A stretch of 20,000 nucleotides of DNA from Craspedostauros australis (lineage: Eukaryota), in the NCBI GenBank assembly GCA_030167865.1, contig JALAGF010005680.1, positions 57,951 to 77,950 on the forward strand. The letters run 5' to 3'. Position 1 is the first letter of the stretch. Each line of letters starts with the position of its first letter. Below, in pieces: positions 1 to 10,519 of the stretch. The position numbers were made by a program, and so were the translations under genes. The notes below the pieces were generated by a model. That model was not told the DNA's origin. It worked only from the letters and a program-made list of their open reading frames with translations, and made no database searches.

Positions 1-1820
1 GCCGTACTTGGCCTTGATGGTACCGAATGGGGCCTTGTAGCTGGCGCCGATTCCGGAAAGGTCGAGGGCGTTGTCTGAGGAGTGGCTGGTCTGCGAGGCG
101 ATGGTGAGATCTCCGTTGACCTTGTAGAGGAGTCCGAGGCTGACGCTGGAGAACTTGCTGGTGGTTGTGACGGAGGCAGACATTGGTCCCATTCCGTAGC
201 TGGCGCCGACGTCGAATGCGGTAAGGCCGGTCTTTCCGGAGAGGCCGTAGGTGGCGGCTCCTCCAAGCTTGGTTCCGTTGGCGAGGGAGATGCATGCGGT
301 GCTGCTGACCTTGGACATGTTCATGACATCAAGGACACCGGTGGCGATGATGTTGCCGCTGGTGTAGTCGATGCCGAGATCGGCACCCTTGTTGGCCTTG
401 AGGGAGAGCTTGACGCCTGGCGCGACCTTCATGGATGTCTCGAGGACGCGTCCACCGGTGGCGGTTGCCTGGGCCTTGTCGACGTTGAACTTGGCGTAGG
501 AGAACTTGGTTCCAACCTTGGACGTAAGGGCACCATCGGAACCTCTCGCAGTCTCGATTGTGACGGCGACTGGTCCAGCGTTCTTCTTGCATTTCAGTGT
601 GGTCTTGGTTGAGTAGTCATCGTTGAGGAGGTCTGTAAATCGAAATTTGGTTTTGCACATGCAATTGTTTGATGGTGGTGCAACATCACATTTTGACATG
701 GCGTTGACGGTACCAACAAAATGAAGTGGAATGCACAGAATAGCATCCAGCCATTTGTGCGAATCGTTGCGTTGCGCCACGTGATGGGTCAATCGTTGCC
801 AATTGTTTGCCGCGTTTGGTGAATTATTGTAGATGGATGGCAGTCCAATTCCATGAGCGTTCGATCATCGCGTCATTGCGCCATTGTAGCGTTGCATCGT
901 TGGTGAATGATAATGATGGTGATGGCACGGACGCAATTCAATTTTGGATTTATTCAGCGCAGCCGGAACGTGAAAAATGGATGCCGAAGTAATTGGTGAA
1001 CGGCAGAATTGGTTTGGTGCCATGTGTGTGCCCGATTGTGAGTTTGCATTCATCAGAGTTACCCAATTATCATCGATTCAATGCAGCAACACAATTCAGT
1101 GCAGTTTGAAGATGTGGAGGGAGAGGGTCGGTCGCCAATCATTAAACGTGCCATTTCGAAGATGCCATCCCCGAATCAAACGATCATTGATTGTGTCATT
1201 ATTGTTCGTTGTCATCCATGTGTCGCAGTGCGAGTATGATCAAGTGAACCGTCCAAAATGATGAGATTGCAAGGTGAAACAGTTGATGTGAGTCAATGGA
1301 TGTTGGAGTAGACATATGCAGTGTTGTTGTCATTGTTGCCATTGCTGCTGTTGCGATGAAGATCTTGAACCATAATCCGAAGCAGCATCACCTCCATGGG
1401 CAGGTTTGGGCCAGGTTGTGCTGCCAAGGCATCATGTTGACACAAGTGACGTATGTTCCAGGTGAAGAATTGTTGAACGGCCACCATCGAACATCATGAC
1501 CAATGAATTGCTTCATTCTGCCAATCATATCCTTGCCGTCAACCACAAGCCGTCACGGAATTCCCTGAAAGCTGCAAGCCGATGGCATGAACGTAGTTGG
1601 CACGTCAGTTCTCCGCTTCCGATTGACGCCGTCGCAGTTGCGGTTGCGTCTATTCATGCAATTTCAAATGCCGCAGAAGCAACCTCAGGCATTGTCGTCA
1701 TCTGAGCATCGCGAGGGTCTGTTCCGCAATTATCTGCGCCGCAATGGACACTCGGAGAGTACTCTTGTATGCATGCTTACCCTTTGGAGCCTTGGCGATA
1801 TCGGAGAACTTGGTGGCCAT
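1..1820 (-). CDS. VDAC: Voltage-dependent anion channel (mitochondrial outer-membrane porin), 2 exons visible, 3' partial
   Basis: Exon 1 is 1820-1781 (MATKFSDIAKAPK+G, then GTAAGC donor). The intron is 1780-633 and ends TTTACAG. Exon 2 is 632-1 and stays open to the window edge: DLLNDDYSTKTTLKCKKNAGPVAVTIET...GADLGIDYTSG...FDVGASY...LGLLYKVNGDLTIASQ...IGASYKAPFGTIKAKYG. The N-terminal F-x-D-I-x-K-x-x-K-D-L-L helix and alternating beta-strand pattern are typical of VDAC. Not in the ORF track because exon 2 has no start codon. Confidence 0.93.
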
Positions 1821-2536
1821 CTTGACGGTGTTAACAAGGGTATCGGAGGGTTGGGGTGGTGTTTGTTGTTGTTGTGTTTGAGATGATGGATTTGGGGGTT
1901 TCGAGTGATGACTGATGTTCCTGCGTTGCTGCTGGCGGCAGCGACAGCGACAGCACCACCAACGAAAGGAAGAGGGAAAGTTGTTTCGCAGTCGTCCCCG
2001 CGTTGTTGTTGCTGACGGAAACGTTCGGATTTAGCTCTCTCTCTGCCTCTGCCTGTTCGAGTTTTCGCTGTTGGCTGCGAACGAGTTGGCAACGTCGCAA
2101 CACACGCGCAAACGGTGATCACCAATGCTGTTGCCGTCTGCGTCACGACGCCAAATTCATGTTTCTTCAGTGGTGGTTTTCGTGATAGCCATGATGTCAT
2201 CAGAGGCGACGTATACATGGACAGACGTAAGATTCATTCGACTTCTCCTTCATTCAATCATTCGTGATTCGGGTTGGCGCCAAAATTGAATCTCGGTTGT
2301 CAACAGGAATTTGCACAAAACCACAAACACAAGCACAAACACGGCCTCAGCATGTGGACCACCTCCAACAAAGCAACACCAAGCGCGACCTACTCTATGG
2401 TACGAGTGCGTGCAACAGGTACCATAGTCGTACTATTACATCAATCATCAAGGCACCAACCAATCTATCGTCGCGTTGCTATTTATTTCATCATCCTCAC
2501 GACCTTGCATCGCTCAATCCATTCAGTGCTGCCAGG
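1821..2536. promoter_or_regulatory. Divergent promoter and leader region between VDAC and the plastid methyltransferase
   Basis: 716 bp separate head-to-head start codons. CA-rich leaders switch strand across the region. Confidence 0.5.
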
Positions 2537-3556
2537 ATGGTAACAACGATGGCGAACATTGCTGGAGCCCTTTCCGTTGCTTTGTTGGTGACGACGATGA
2601 TTCCATTCACACTCGACAACAATTCGCAGGCGCATGCATTCATCGTCACATCTCGGAACACAGAGCATGGCGTGCATCCATTGCGCATGATGGATGATGA
2701 TCGGAACAGCGACGACAGGGATGACAGCAACGACGATGCAATATCGCGACGATCCCTCTTCCTCAAGGCTCCCGTTGCTGTCGGCGGCGCCGTGATCTAC
2801 GGCAAGCTGGTCTCGGATTCCATCCAGAAACTCACACGCGGAGATCTCGTCTTCCCGGACGATCACGAGCGACGCGTGGCATCCACCATTGCCACGGCGT
2901 TTGCCAATTGCATTCCTGCGGCCAGCGATGGCCGTCCGCTGCGTGTTCTGGAAGTGGGCATCGGCAAAGACCTGCGCGTGCTGCGGCGCAATCTGTACAA
3001 CGATGGATTTCGAAAATTGGAAAATGCGGGCGTCACGTCCGTGCAGTTGGTGGGTGCCGATCTATCGCCACCGTCGGATGCGATCCTCGCGGATGCCAAG
3101 CAGCGCGTTGGGAAGCAGCTACAGCAATCCAACAGCGGCGTGCAGGTGGATATTCAGGTCCTGCAAACCTCCATCGAGTCCATGCCCACGTTCGCGGATG
3201 GGTCCTTCGACTGCATCGTGTGCTGTCTGACATTGTGCAGCGTTTCCAATCCACAAGCGGCTGTCATGGAGATGAAGCGGCTGCTGCGGCCGCAGGGTGG
3301 AACTTTGGCATTCGTGGAGCATGTAGCCGTGAATCAGGACGAATCCTACCCCATCTTGCGGGCCCAGCAACAAGTATTCGATCCGTTGCAGCAGATCGTG
3401 GCGGACAATTGCCATTTGCGTCGTGAGACGGATCGTACCGTTGCTGAGGTCTTTGGTAACGCGACGAGGTGGCTCGCGCAGGAACGCTTTGTGGTCGACG
3501 GCATGTGGCCGGTGTCGTGTCAAACATGCGGTGTCCTTCAAACCATACTAATATGA
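2537..3556 (+). CDS. Class I SAM-dependent methyltransferase (Methyltransf_11, METTL7/TMT1-like), predicted plastid-targeted
   Basis: Single exon. The likely start is ATG 2537 (or 2549) rather than the GTG at 2264. Motif I VLEVGIG, FADGSFDCIVCCLTLCSV, EMKRLLRPQGGTLAFVEHV and CHLRRET match METTL7-like enzymes. The N-terminus is a hydrophobic signal peptide followed by AHA-F, an ASAFAP-type cleavage motif. Confidence 0.85.
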   Translation: MVTTMANIAGALSVALLVTTMIPFTLDNNSQAHAFIVTSRNTEHGVHPLRMMDDDRNSDDRDDSNDDAISRRSLFLKAPVAVGGAVIYGKLVSDSIQKLTRGDLVFPDDHERRVASTIATAFANCIPAASDGRPLRVLEVGIGKDLRVLRRNLYNDGFRKLENAGVTSVQLVGADLSPPSDAILADAKQRVGKQLQQSNSGVQVDIQVLQTSIESMPTFADGSFDCIVCCLTLCSVSNPQAAVMEMKRLLRPQGGTLAFVEHVAVNQDESYPILRAQQQVFDPLQQIVADNCHLRRETDRTVAEVFGNATRWLAQERFVVDGMWPVSCQTCGVLQTILI

Positions 3557-4384
3557 TTGACATACTCGTATAATAGCATATGTACAACAAGCTCTAGTCC
3601 GTACGTGCTTCTGGAGAGTAGACGGTACACAGTATGAAACAATGCATGAATTCGGAAATAGAGCATGAGCTCGTCTCTTTCAATTCTCCACATTGCTATT
3701 TCTGGTTACATATGATGGGGGTCGTCCTTGTTGAATGTGCCTTCACTGTTTTGGCGGTGGCTTGACGGCGGAGACAGGCTTTCGTTGGTTGATTGGATTG
3801 TTGGTTGATTGATTGAATGCAATGGCACCATGCCTCACGCGTCAGTCGGATAGAGCGCACTCCATCCGTTTCAGCGGCGGCGGTAGCAGCATCATTTCCA
3901 GAATCGCAATCACATTCCACGGATGGGATGGAAAGTTGCTTTTTGTGAAACTGCCGAAGTCCTGCACCTTCCGAATACTCGTAGTTGCATCTTGAACGAA
4001 AATGAAGTGCGCTGAATGAAAGCGACCAACTCCCTTCATTCTGGCATGCATTGTATCCTTTGTGTGTTCTACTTCTACTGCTCTCACAAAGTCATGATAC
4101 ATCATGAGAGTCCAAGTGCAAGCAGAATGTAGCCGAGCACTGTCATCCAGATGCATCCCTCAGCAGACTTCTTCCTTCCTTCATTCCACCTTCCTCTTTC
4201 TGCATTTCACATCCCGCATCCTACATTCGACGAGTTTCATATATCTCATGCCGATGCGCCCATCCCACCCTTTCATCTGATGGTTCATTCGAAATGGATG
4301 CCATTGTCCGCATTTGCTCGAACCCAGCCAGCCAGGTAGCCAGGTGGCCAAGTCAGAGCAACGCCTTGTGCACGCATTCTCTCC

Positions 4385-4732
4385 CTAGTCCTTCTGCTGC
4401 TGCTCGCTCATGGCTTCCGAAACGGCGTCCGCGGAAGCATTCTTCCGTGATTCCGCTTCTGCCTGCTGCCTCGCGTACTCATGATCGGCCCTGTATCTGG
4501 CATCCTTCTCGGCGTACTTTCGTTTCTCTGCCTCCACGACCTGCCGTTCCCGTTCCATGGAGTTGACATGACGCGCGTCCTTCTCTGCCACCATCCGCTT
4601 CTGATCCTCTATTTGCTCCCACTGCTTCACGTTCTCCGCCTTCTCGCGTGCATCCTGTTCGGCCAGCAGCCGTCTATCCACGGCGACTCCGGCGTTGGTG
4701 TCAGGTCCGTTGGCGTTGCTGTTGGCGTCCAT
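4385..4732 (-). CDS. Small highly charged helical protein (115 aa) with 25-residue repeats, unknown function
   Basis: ATG in ACCATGG context after an A/C-rich leader. Third codon positions are G/C-rich as in neighbouring genes. The amino-acid repeat [RK]RxxAE[KQ]DAR recurs at a 25-residue period, which argues for coding. Confidence 0.7.
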   Translation of the reverse strand: MDANSNANGPDTNAGVAVDRRLLAEQDAREKAENVKQWEQIEDQKRMVAEKDARHVNSMERERQVVEAEKRKYAEKDARYRADHEYARQQAEAESRKNASADAVSEAMSEQQQKD

Positions 4733-6186
4733 GGTTCGTCCTTTTCTGTTTTCCGATGTGTTGTCTTGGTCGTTGTGGTGCTTCGGCTGGTGGTTCCAAT
4801 GATGCCGCTTTGTTCTTGGTGCAATATCGACTATAGTATTCTATAATGGTTTGATGCTCGTAAGAAATGTATGGTGTGGGTAGGTGCGGATGAAAGATGT
4901 TGGTGGCCATGGACGGCGATGCCAAAGTTGGCGAGAAGAGGTGGCGCTTCATCATCACACAACCAACAAGCATCCCAGTCACGACCACTTCGTCGGTGCG
5001 AACTACGATCTGCGCGACGTGGACGAGGAGTCGATCGTGGACACCAACACACGGACACGAATGGAACGGTTTGCCATTCCGCCACAGTCCGTGTTCTTGG
5101 CGGGAGTTTGAAATTCGCCAGGTTTGCAATGGACTCCTTCGAATACTTCTGCTGTGTTTTGTGGGGTTGTTCGTGAAAAGTAGGAGCAAAGTTTCGGGGG
5201 CGCACTCGTAGTTAGGGGGTTTCTTCGGAGTCACGTCACATCGGTGTAAGTAAAGTTAGCACACGAAACAGAATCGCTGAAGTGCACCATAATAAATTCG
5301 GGGGTTCCGCATCAGGGTAGCCAGAGGTACCCTTTTTGTTCGTACAATTGCCGCTGCGTTTCGCGCTGTTTGTTTTTGTGGCCATAGTCGACTCCATGTC
5401 CCGTAGCTAATTGTATGTGGCGGACGTTCCATCGCCTCTGCACGCGAAAATTTTCAGTTGGAACGCTCATAATGGAGCCGAACACAATCACCACAACAGA
5501 CAGACACATAGATCTAAGTAAGTGTGGCCCATGAAGGAGGGCGCTCCAACACCGACCATGTCAGCTCGAGCCGCACTCGTGCACCCCCAGAGGAGAGACT
5601 TCGGAGCAGGATGTGATGTGGATGGTCACATGATGTGGCCGATCATCCATGAAACGTGAATTCCATCCTCGATGGAAACCGGCATCAGCAGCAGGGATGG
5701 CGGCACGCCAACGAGAATGGTGTTTGTGTTTGTGTGTGCGTCTGTGGCGTGGTGATGACAGTAACACCAACCACGAACATCGCGAACAAGACACCGCATG
5801 CGTACCACAGAACACCTCACGTGTTGACGATGGCGCAAGAATTCTGCGCACGAGAAGTTCTTCTGGCATCAACGCCATACTCTGCGTACACTTGCGCCGA
5901 CACATTGTGCGCATTCTTCACATGCTCACTTGCTGCGCATACCCAAGACCATGAACTCACGCATTCAATTGAATCAACTTGCCTTGCCTCGCCTTGATGT
6001 TGCCACCCGCGCATTCTTACACCATGGCGCAACGCACAACAGCATTCCCATCGTCTCCAGAAGCACGACACTGGGCTGTGCGCAGACTGCGAACCGGTGA
6101 AATTCTCTTCACCTGAACACAATAGTAGGCCTGCGCCAAGCAGAAGCGAACTCGCGAAAACCAAAACCATCACCATCGTCGCCATC

Positions 6187-8034
6187 ATGAAGTCCCTGGC
6201 ATCCAGCGACTACGGCAAGCCGAGGAGCAAGATGCCAATTTCTTCCGTCACGAAGCGACCATCCAAGGTGCGTCCACTCCAGTCTTTCCTCCCATGGGGC
6301 ATTTCGTTGTTGCTTCGACTATTGATCCCCTCGCTTTGTGTCGTCGTGTTCATGTTGCGCGTCGTGAACCGTTGTTGCGAGATGGATTGCTTTTTTGTGA
6401 CGATGAACTCGAGTTGATGCAATCGCACTCACAGCAACTCATCCGCCAACGACCATCATCAACGACAACAACAACGTCAACAAAACCAATGTGGATAGCA
6501 GAAGAAACCGAAGGATAAGCCCAAGCGCCCACTCAGCGCGTACAACTTCTTCTTCAAGGAAGAGCGCGCGAAGATCCTGAAGATCGTTCAGAGCGAAGAA
6601 TCTGACAACCTCAACAAAGACGAGACTGCCGATGACTTCATCGATGAGGACACGTTGAAGCGGTTGCGCAAGGACGGTGGAAAGGTTTCATTCGAAGAGA
6701 TGGGAAAGTGAGTTCGAAAGTGATGATGATGCTCGCATGATGACGACGATGGCAACTGCGGTGATCGTGTCGCTGTTTGTGTGCGTTGCGACTTCATAGT
6801 TCTCGACTTCAATTTGGTTGCAGTCCTTCTTCCAATGAAGCGCGTCAGCACTCTGCTGTCCACGAGCGCCACGAGCACCACAACACCATCTCAACTGTAC
6901 TCAACCGACCTCACACATCATATAAAAACCAAATGATTGCGTACGTACGGTCTGTGCTCAACAATGAAAACCATATCGACAGGCTGATTGGGCAGCGATG
7001 GAAGAATATCGATCCTGACCGCCTGTCGAAGTTTGGAGAGCTGGCATCGGTAGATACGGAACGGTACAAAGGCGAGATGGAACTGTACAACGGACGACAG
7101 GAGGCAAAGATGCGCAGCGAGGCTCTGAAGCCTCCTCAGCCAACATACAGCGACCCAGGCAGACACGAGTACGGGCCTCCGCCTGGCCACGGGCCCATGG
7201 GTGGCTACGGGCCTCCACCAGGGCATGGTCCAAGTTATGGACACGGATCGACGATGCCAGGCATGATGCATCATGATCGCATGGGGCCGACCCACGACCT
7301 CTACCAGCAACAAATGAGCAGCATGCCACCATACGGTGGTCCTAGCGGACCTCCCAGCATGGGCGGTGGCGGTCATAGTGGCCATGGTGGCCACGGTGGT
7401 CCTGGTGGTGGCGGCAGCGGTGGTGGACCACCCTACGGCGGCTACAGTAACATGGAATACCCTGGATACGGCGGGCCGGGAATGGGCAGTTACGGGGGTG
7501 TGAACGGGTACGGCTCACCGTACATGATGGGGCCAGAATCGCAGGGCGGTGGTATGCCCGTCGGCGGTCCGATGGAATCCTACGGGCGGGGATACGGTGG
7601 TCCTGTGGGAGGATATCATCAGGGCGGGGGAATGCCAATGGGGTATGGGTAAGTGCGAGTTGCATGATACAGTTACTCGGAGCCTGCCTGTGTCTGTGCA
7701 TGTGCCAGCTGTTGATGAATGCCGCATGTTTCGTCATCACTACCATCTCACCCGTAAGCCACCCGCCCGCACTACGTATCCAACCACCGATAACAACGAC
7801 AACGTACTAACCGTACACTGTGGATGTCAATGATCATGCAGGAGCGGGGGACCTCCACCACTATCACATCCACACGAGTACGGAGGCCCGCCAATGGGGA
7901 TGGATCCAGGCCCACCGCCTCCACCGTCGCATCATGGCCCACCACCGCCGTCACATGGTCCTCCCCCACCTGGTGGGATGTACGGAGGAGGCGGTGGCGG
8001 GGGTGGGTACGGACCTGGACCGGGGTGGATATGA
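6187..8034 (+). CDS. HMG-box DNA-binding protein with G/P/Y/M-rich low-complexity C-terminus (about 382 aa, 4 exons)
   Basis: Exons 6187-6267, 6499(or 6502)-6707, 6983-7648 and 7842-8034 all have GT-AG boundaries and compatible phases. Spliced HMG box: PKDKPKRPLSAYNFFFKEERAKI...KVSFEEMGKLIGQRWKNIDPDRLSKFGELASVDTERYKGEMELY. Branch point TACTAAC at 7805-7811. Confidence 0.9.
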
Positions 8035-8786
8035 GCACGTCGCAAAAACTCCGCTGTCATGCATACACACAATATATAACTAACGTGGAGGCTGTGTTTT
8101 TGTAGGCGATCGCCCACGAACCCGCTTGTGTTCATGGGCGATATGCGACAACGACGAAAGCTAGAATGACACACACCACTGAGGGGCACATTGGTGCCTT
8201 TGCAGCATGTCCAATGCTCTCTCCCTCTGGAGGGAGCGAGAGGGAGGTCATCATAACCGACATTCTCAGGAAACGGCGCGAAAGTCGCTGAGGAGACAGC
8301 GCACTACTCAATTCATAGAACATCACAAAAAGGAAGACAGGTCATGTCAGTTCCGAAACAATCGTTGGGAGCCTCGTCTGTAAAATCACATGTTGTCATC
8401 TTTGTAAGTTTGCTGGACGTGTGCTACGCACTTGAATGGATTGGAGATCTCGGGAAGAGGACGTCGACGCACAGGACGAGATTGAAGTTTGGACAAGAGA
8501 CGACAAGAATGCCGTCCGACCTGTCAATTTGAGTCTCGCACATCCGTGAATCAGAACGACAAACGACGAAAAGGAAAGAAGAAGCAGAGCATTGGACACG
8601 ATTGAGAGATCAATCTGTACTCGTCCGGCTGCATTCAACGCAGTGATGCCACAACAAAGAAGCATCATCGCAAAACAGACACAAAATCTGCACATCGACA
8701 GGAACCACCAAGGCAATCAAAGAGACAACAACCAATCGGGCGAACAAATTATCATCATCGTTGACAGAAGCAGCAGCAGCAGCATC

Positions 8787-10519
8787 ATGAATTGTAAAGA
8801 GCACTATCTTCCGGAGTTGGAATTGACCACGGGACAAGTACGGGAGGCGCTTCAGGCCATCCTGTACACAATTCTGTTGTGAGTAGAGGCAGAGGAATTG
8901 ATGAGGAGCTTTGATGTGCACGGCGGAACTTCAAGGCATGCTGGCGACATGGAGTTGCTGTGGAGTAGTTGGTGTATGCGCATACGGACGGATACGAACA
9001 TAGTAGATGGGTCGGTAACGATCTTTCTGGCACCTGTGTACTCCATCGTGTACCCCATTGTGTGCTCATACCCCATCCTCACCAACTCCACTGTGTTCAT
9101 GCCGTTGCGGTTTTCCTTGTTCCTTCGTGGCATGCTGTCATCGCATCGTATCACATCACATTTGCTTTCCCCCACCGCTCCACACTACAATGTTTGACCA
9201 AACGATCGCAGCGTGCGCTCCCCTGGTCCCGTGACACCGCATGATGTTGAGTGCGAGGGGTTCAACCTCACGTACCCCAGAATATCCAGCGACAAGTCAC
9301 CATCAGCTCCGGTGGGGCTGTCATCGTTAGAGAATGACGTCGATAAGAAGGTCGATGATGCAATTGAGCTATTCCTCAGGAGTCTATCTCAGATAGGTCC
9401 CGAACTGCTCAGCGTAAGTGCAGCGATACAATCCCGTGAGCCATGCAACGTTGCATGACACTCATGGCGATACGCCGCTTTGGTTGTATATTATTTCATT
9501 TCATTCCATTTGACCATGTCCACACTTGTACTGTTTTCTCACGTCTTGTACAATGCCTACCATGCCTTGAAAACACACATGCGCACGCTTCACGATTATG
9601 CGACATAACGCTATGCAATGCAATGCAACACCATCCGACTGCGCTCCGCTTCATTATATTATTTTTCAGGGCGGATTGACGCTGAGCTTCTTTGAGCGAA
9701 GGGCGACCAGACAACTGTTTGGTTTGGTGTCAAATGAGGAACGGGTAGTGTGAGTTGACTGTGTGCCATGGGCAGTCTCGAATGCATGAATGAAAGGCGG
9801 TTGTTCAGTTTGCGTGTGTTTGCGGGATGTGAAATACTCGTACGGTGGAGAATGTCGCTGCAGAGTGGAACAGACGGCAATGAATGGATTTGATGGTGCC
9901 GCACGCTCACACATTCTGTCCTTCCTTCTTTTCCTATTTTCTCCTTTTCGTTTGGTTTGCCTCCACACACGGGATCTTCTTCGTTCGGAACATTGCTCGA
10001 CGTCTGCAGGTGGGAGCAATGGCACATGCGAGCAGTGGTCAACAACACGCCCCGGCCAGTCAGTGATGATTCCGCGGCGGTGATCGAACGGCAGAGGATC
10101 CATGTACGTACGAGTAGTTGCACAACGAGCAGATACTGTCAGCTTGTCGGTGTATTGAGTGTTGGTGGGGACTGTGCCTGTGCCTCTGCGAGTATCGGCG
10201 CAAGCGGCGCTCATCAGTCAAACGATCGTAGCCCCGAACAATACCCAAATGCAACGTCCAGACATCTCACACACTTGCCAAATGTTGCGCGGCCCATTTT
10301 GGACGATGATTTTGAATTGTACCACCTCAACAGGATACGGCGGAGGGAATGCTGCGGACTGTCATGATGAAGGTGTTCGAGGTCGCCGGTGGTTCCATAG
10401 ATCACGTGCCACCCGTGATGTACGAATTCGAAATCAATTGCACGAAGAAGATCGATGATCGTGAGAATGTTTACTCGCGGGTTGCCAACATGCCATCCCT
10501 CATCAACCTGAGCAATTAA
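8787..10519 (+). CDS. ATG101: Autophagy-related protein 101 (HORMA domain), about 217 aa, 5 exons
   Basis: Exons 8787-8878, 9212-9413, 9670-9749, 10010-10103 and 10334-10519 are all GT-AG and in phase. Protein: MNCKEHYLPELELTTGQVREALQAILYTILFVRSPGPVTPHDVECEGFNLTYPRI...LTLSFFERRATRQLFGLVSNEERVVWEQW...DHVPPVMYEFEI. The MNC start, V-x-EA-x-x-A-I-L-x-T-I-L-F-x-R, LSFFE, WE-x-W and DH-x-PP motifs match ATG101. Confidence 0.9.

Noticed and set aside
82..612. 176-aa plus-strand ORF
   Set aside because: Shadow ORF antisense to VDAC exon 2.
2264..2536. 91-aa N-terminal extension of the methyltransferase ORF
   Set aside because: It starts at GTG, has promoter/leader-like composition and would bury the signal peptide that begins at 2537.
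3600..4380. Short ORFs between convergent genes, considered as a transposon remnant
   Set aside because: No transposase, RT or integrase motifs and no terminal repeats. Consistent with 3' UTR and intergenic DNA.
5314..5337. AGGGTA/TACCCT hairpin followed by TTTT, resembling an intrinsic terminator
   Set aside because: Only a 6-bp stem in a eukaryotic context. No snRNA, riboswitch or Pol III box signatures were recognised upstream.
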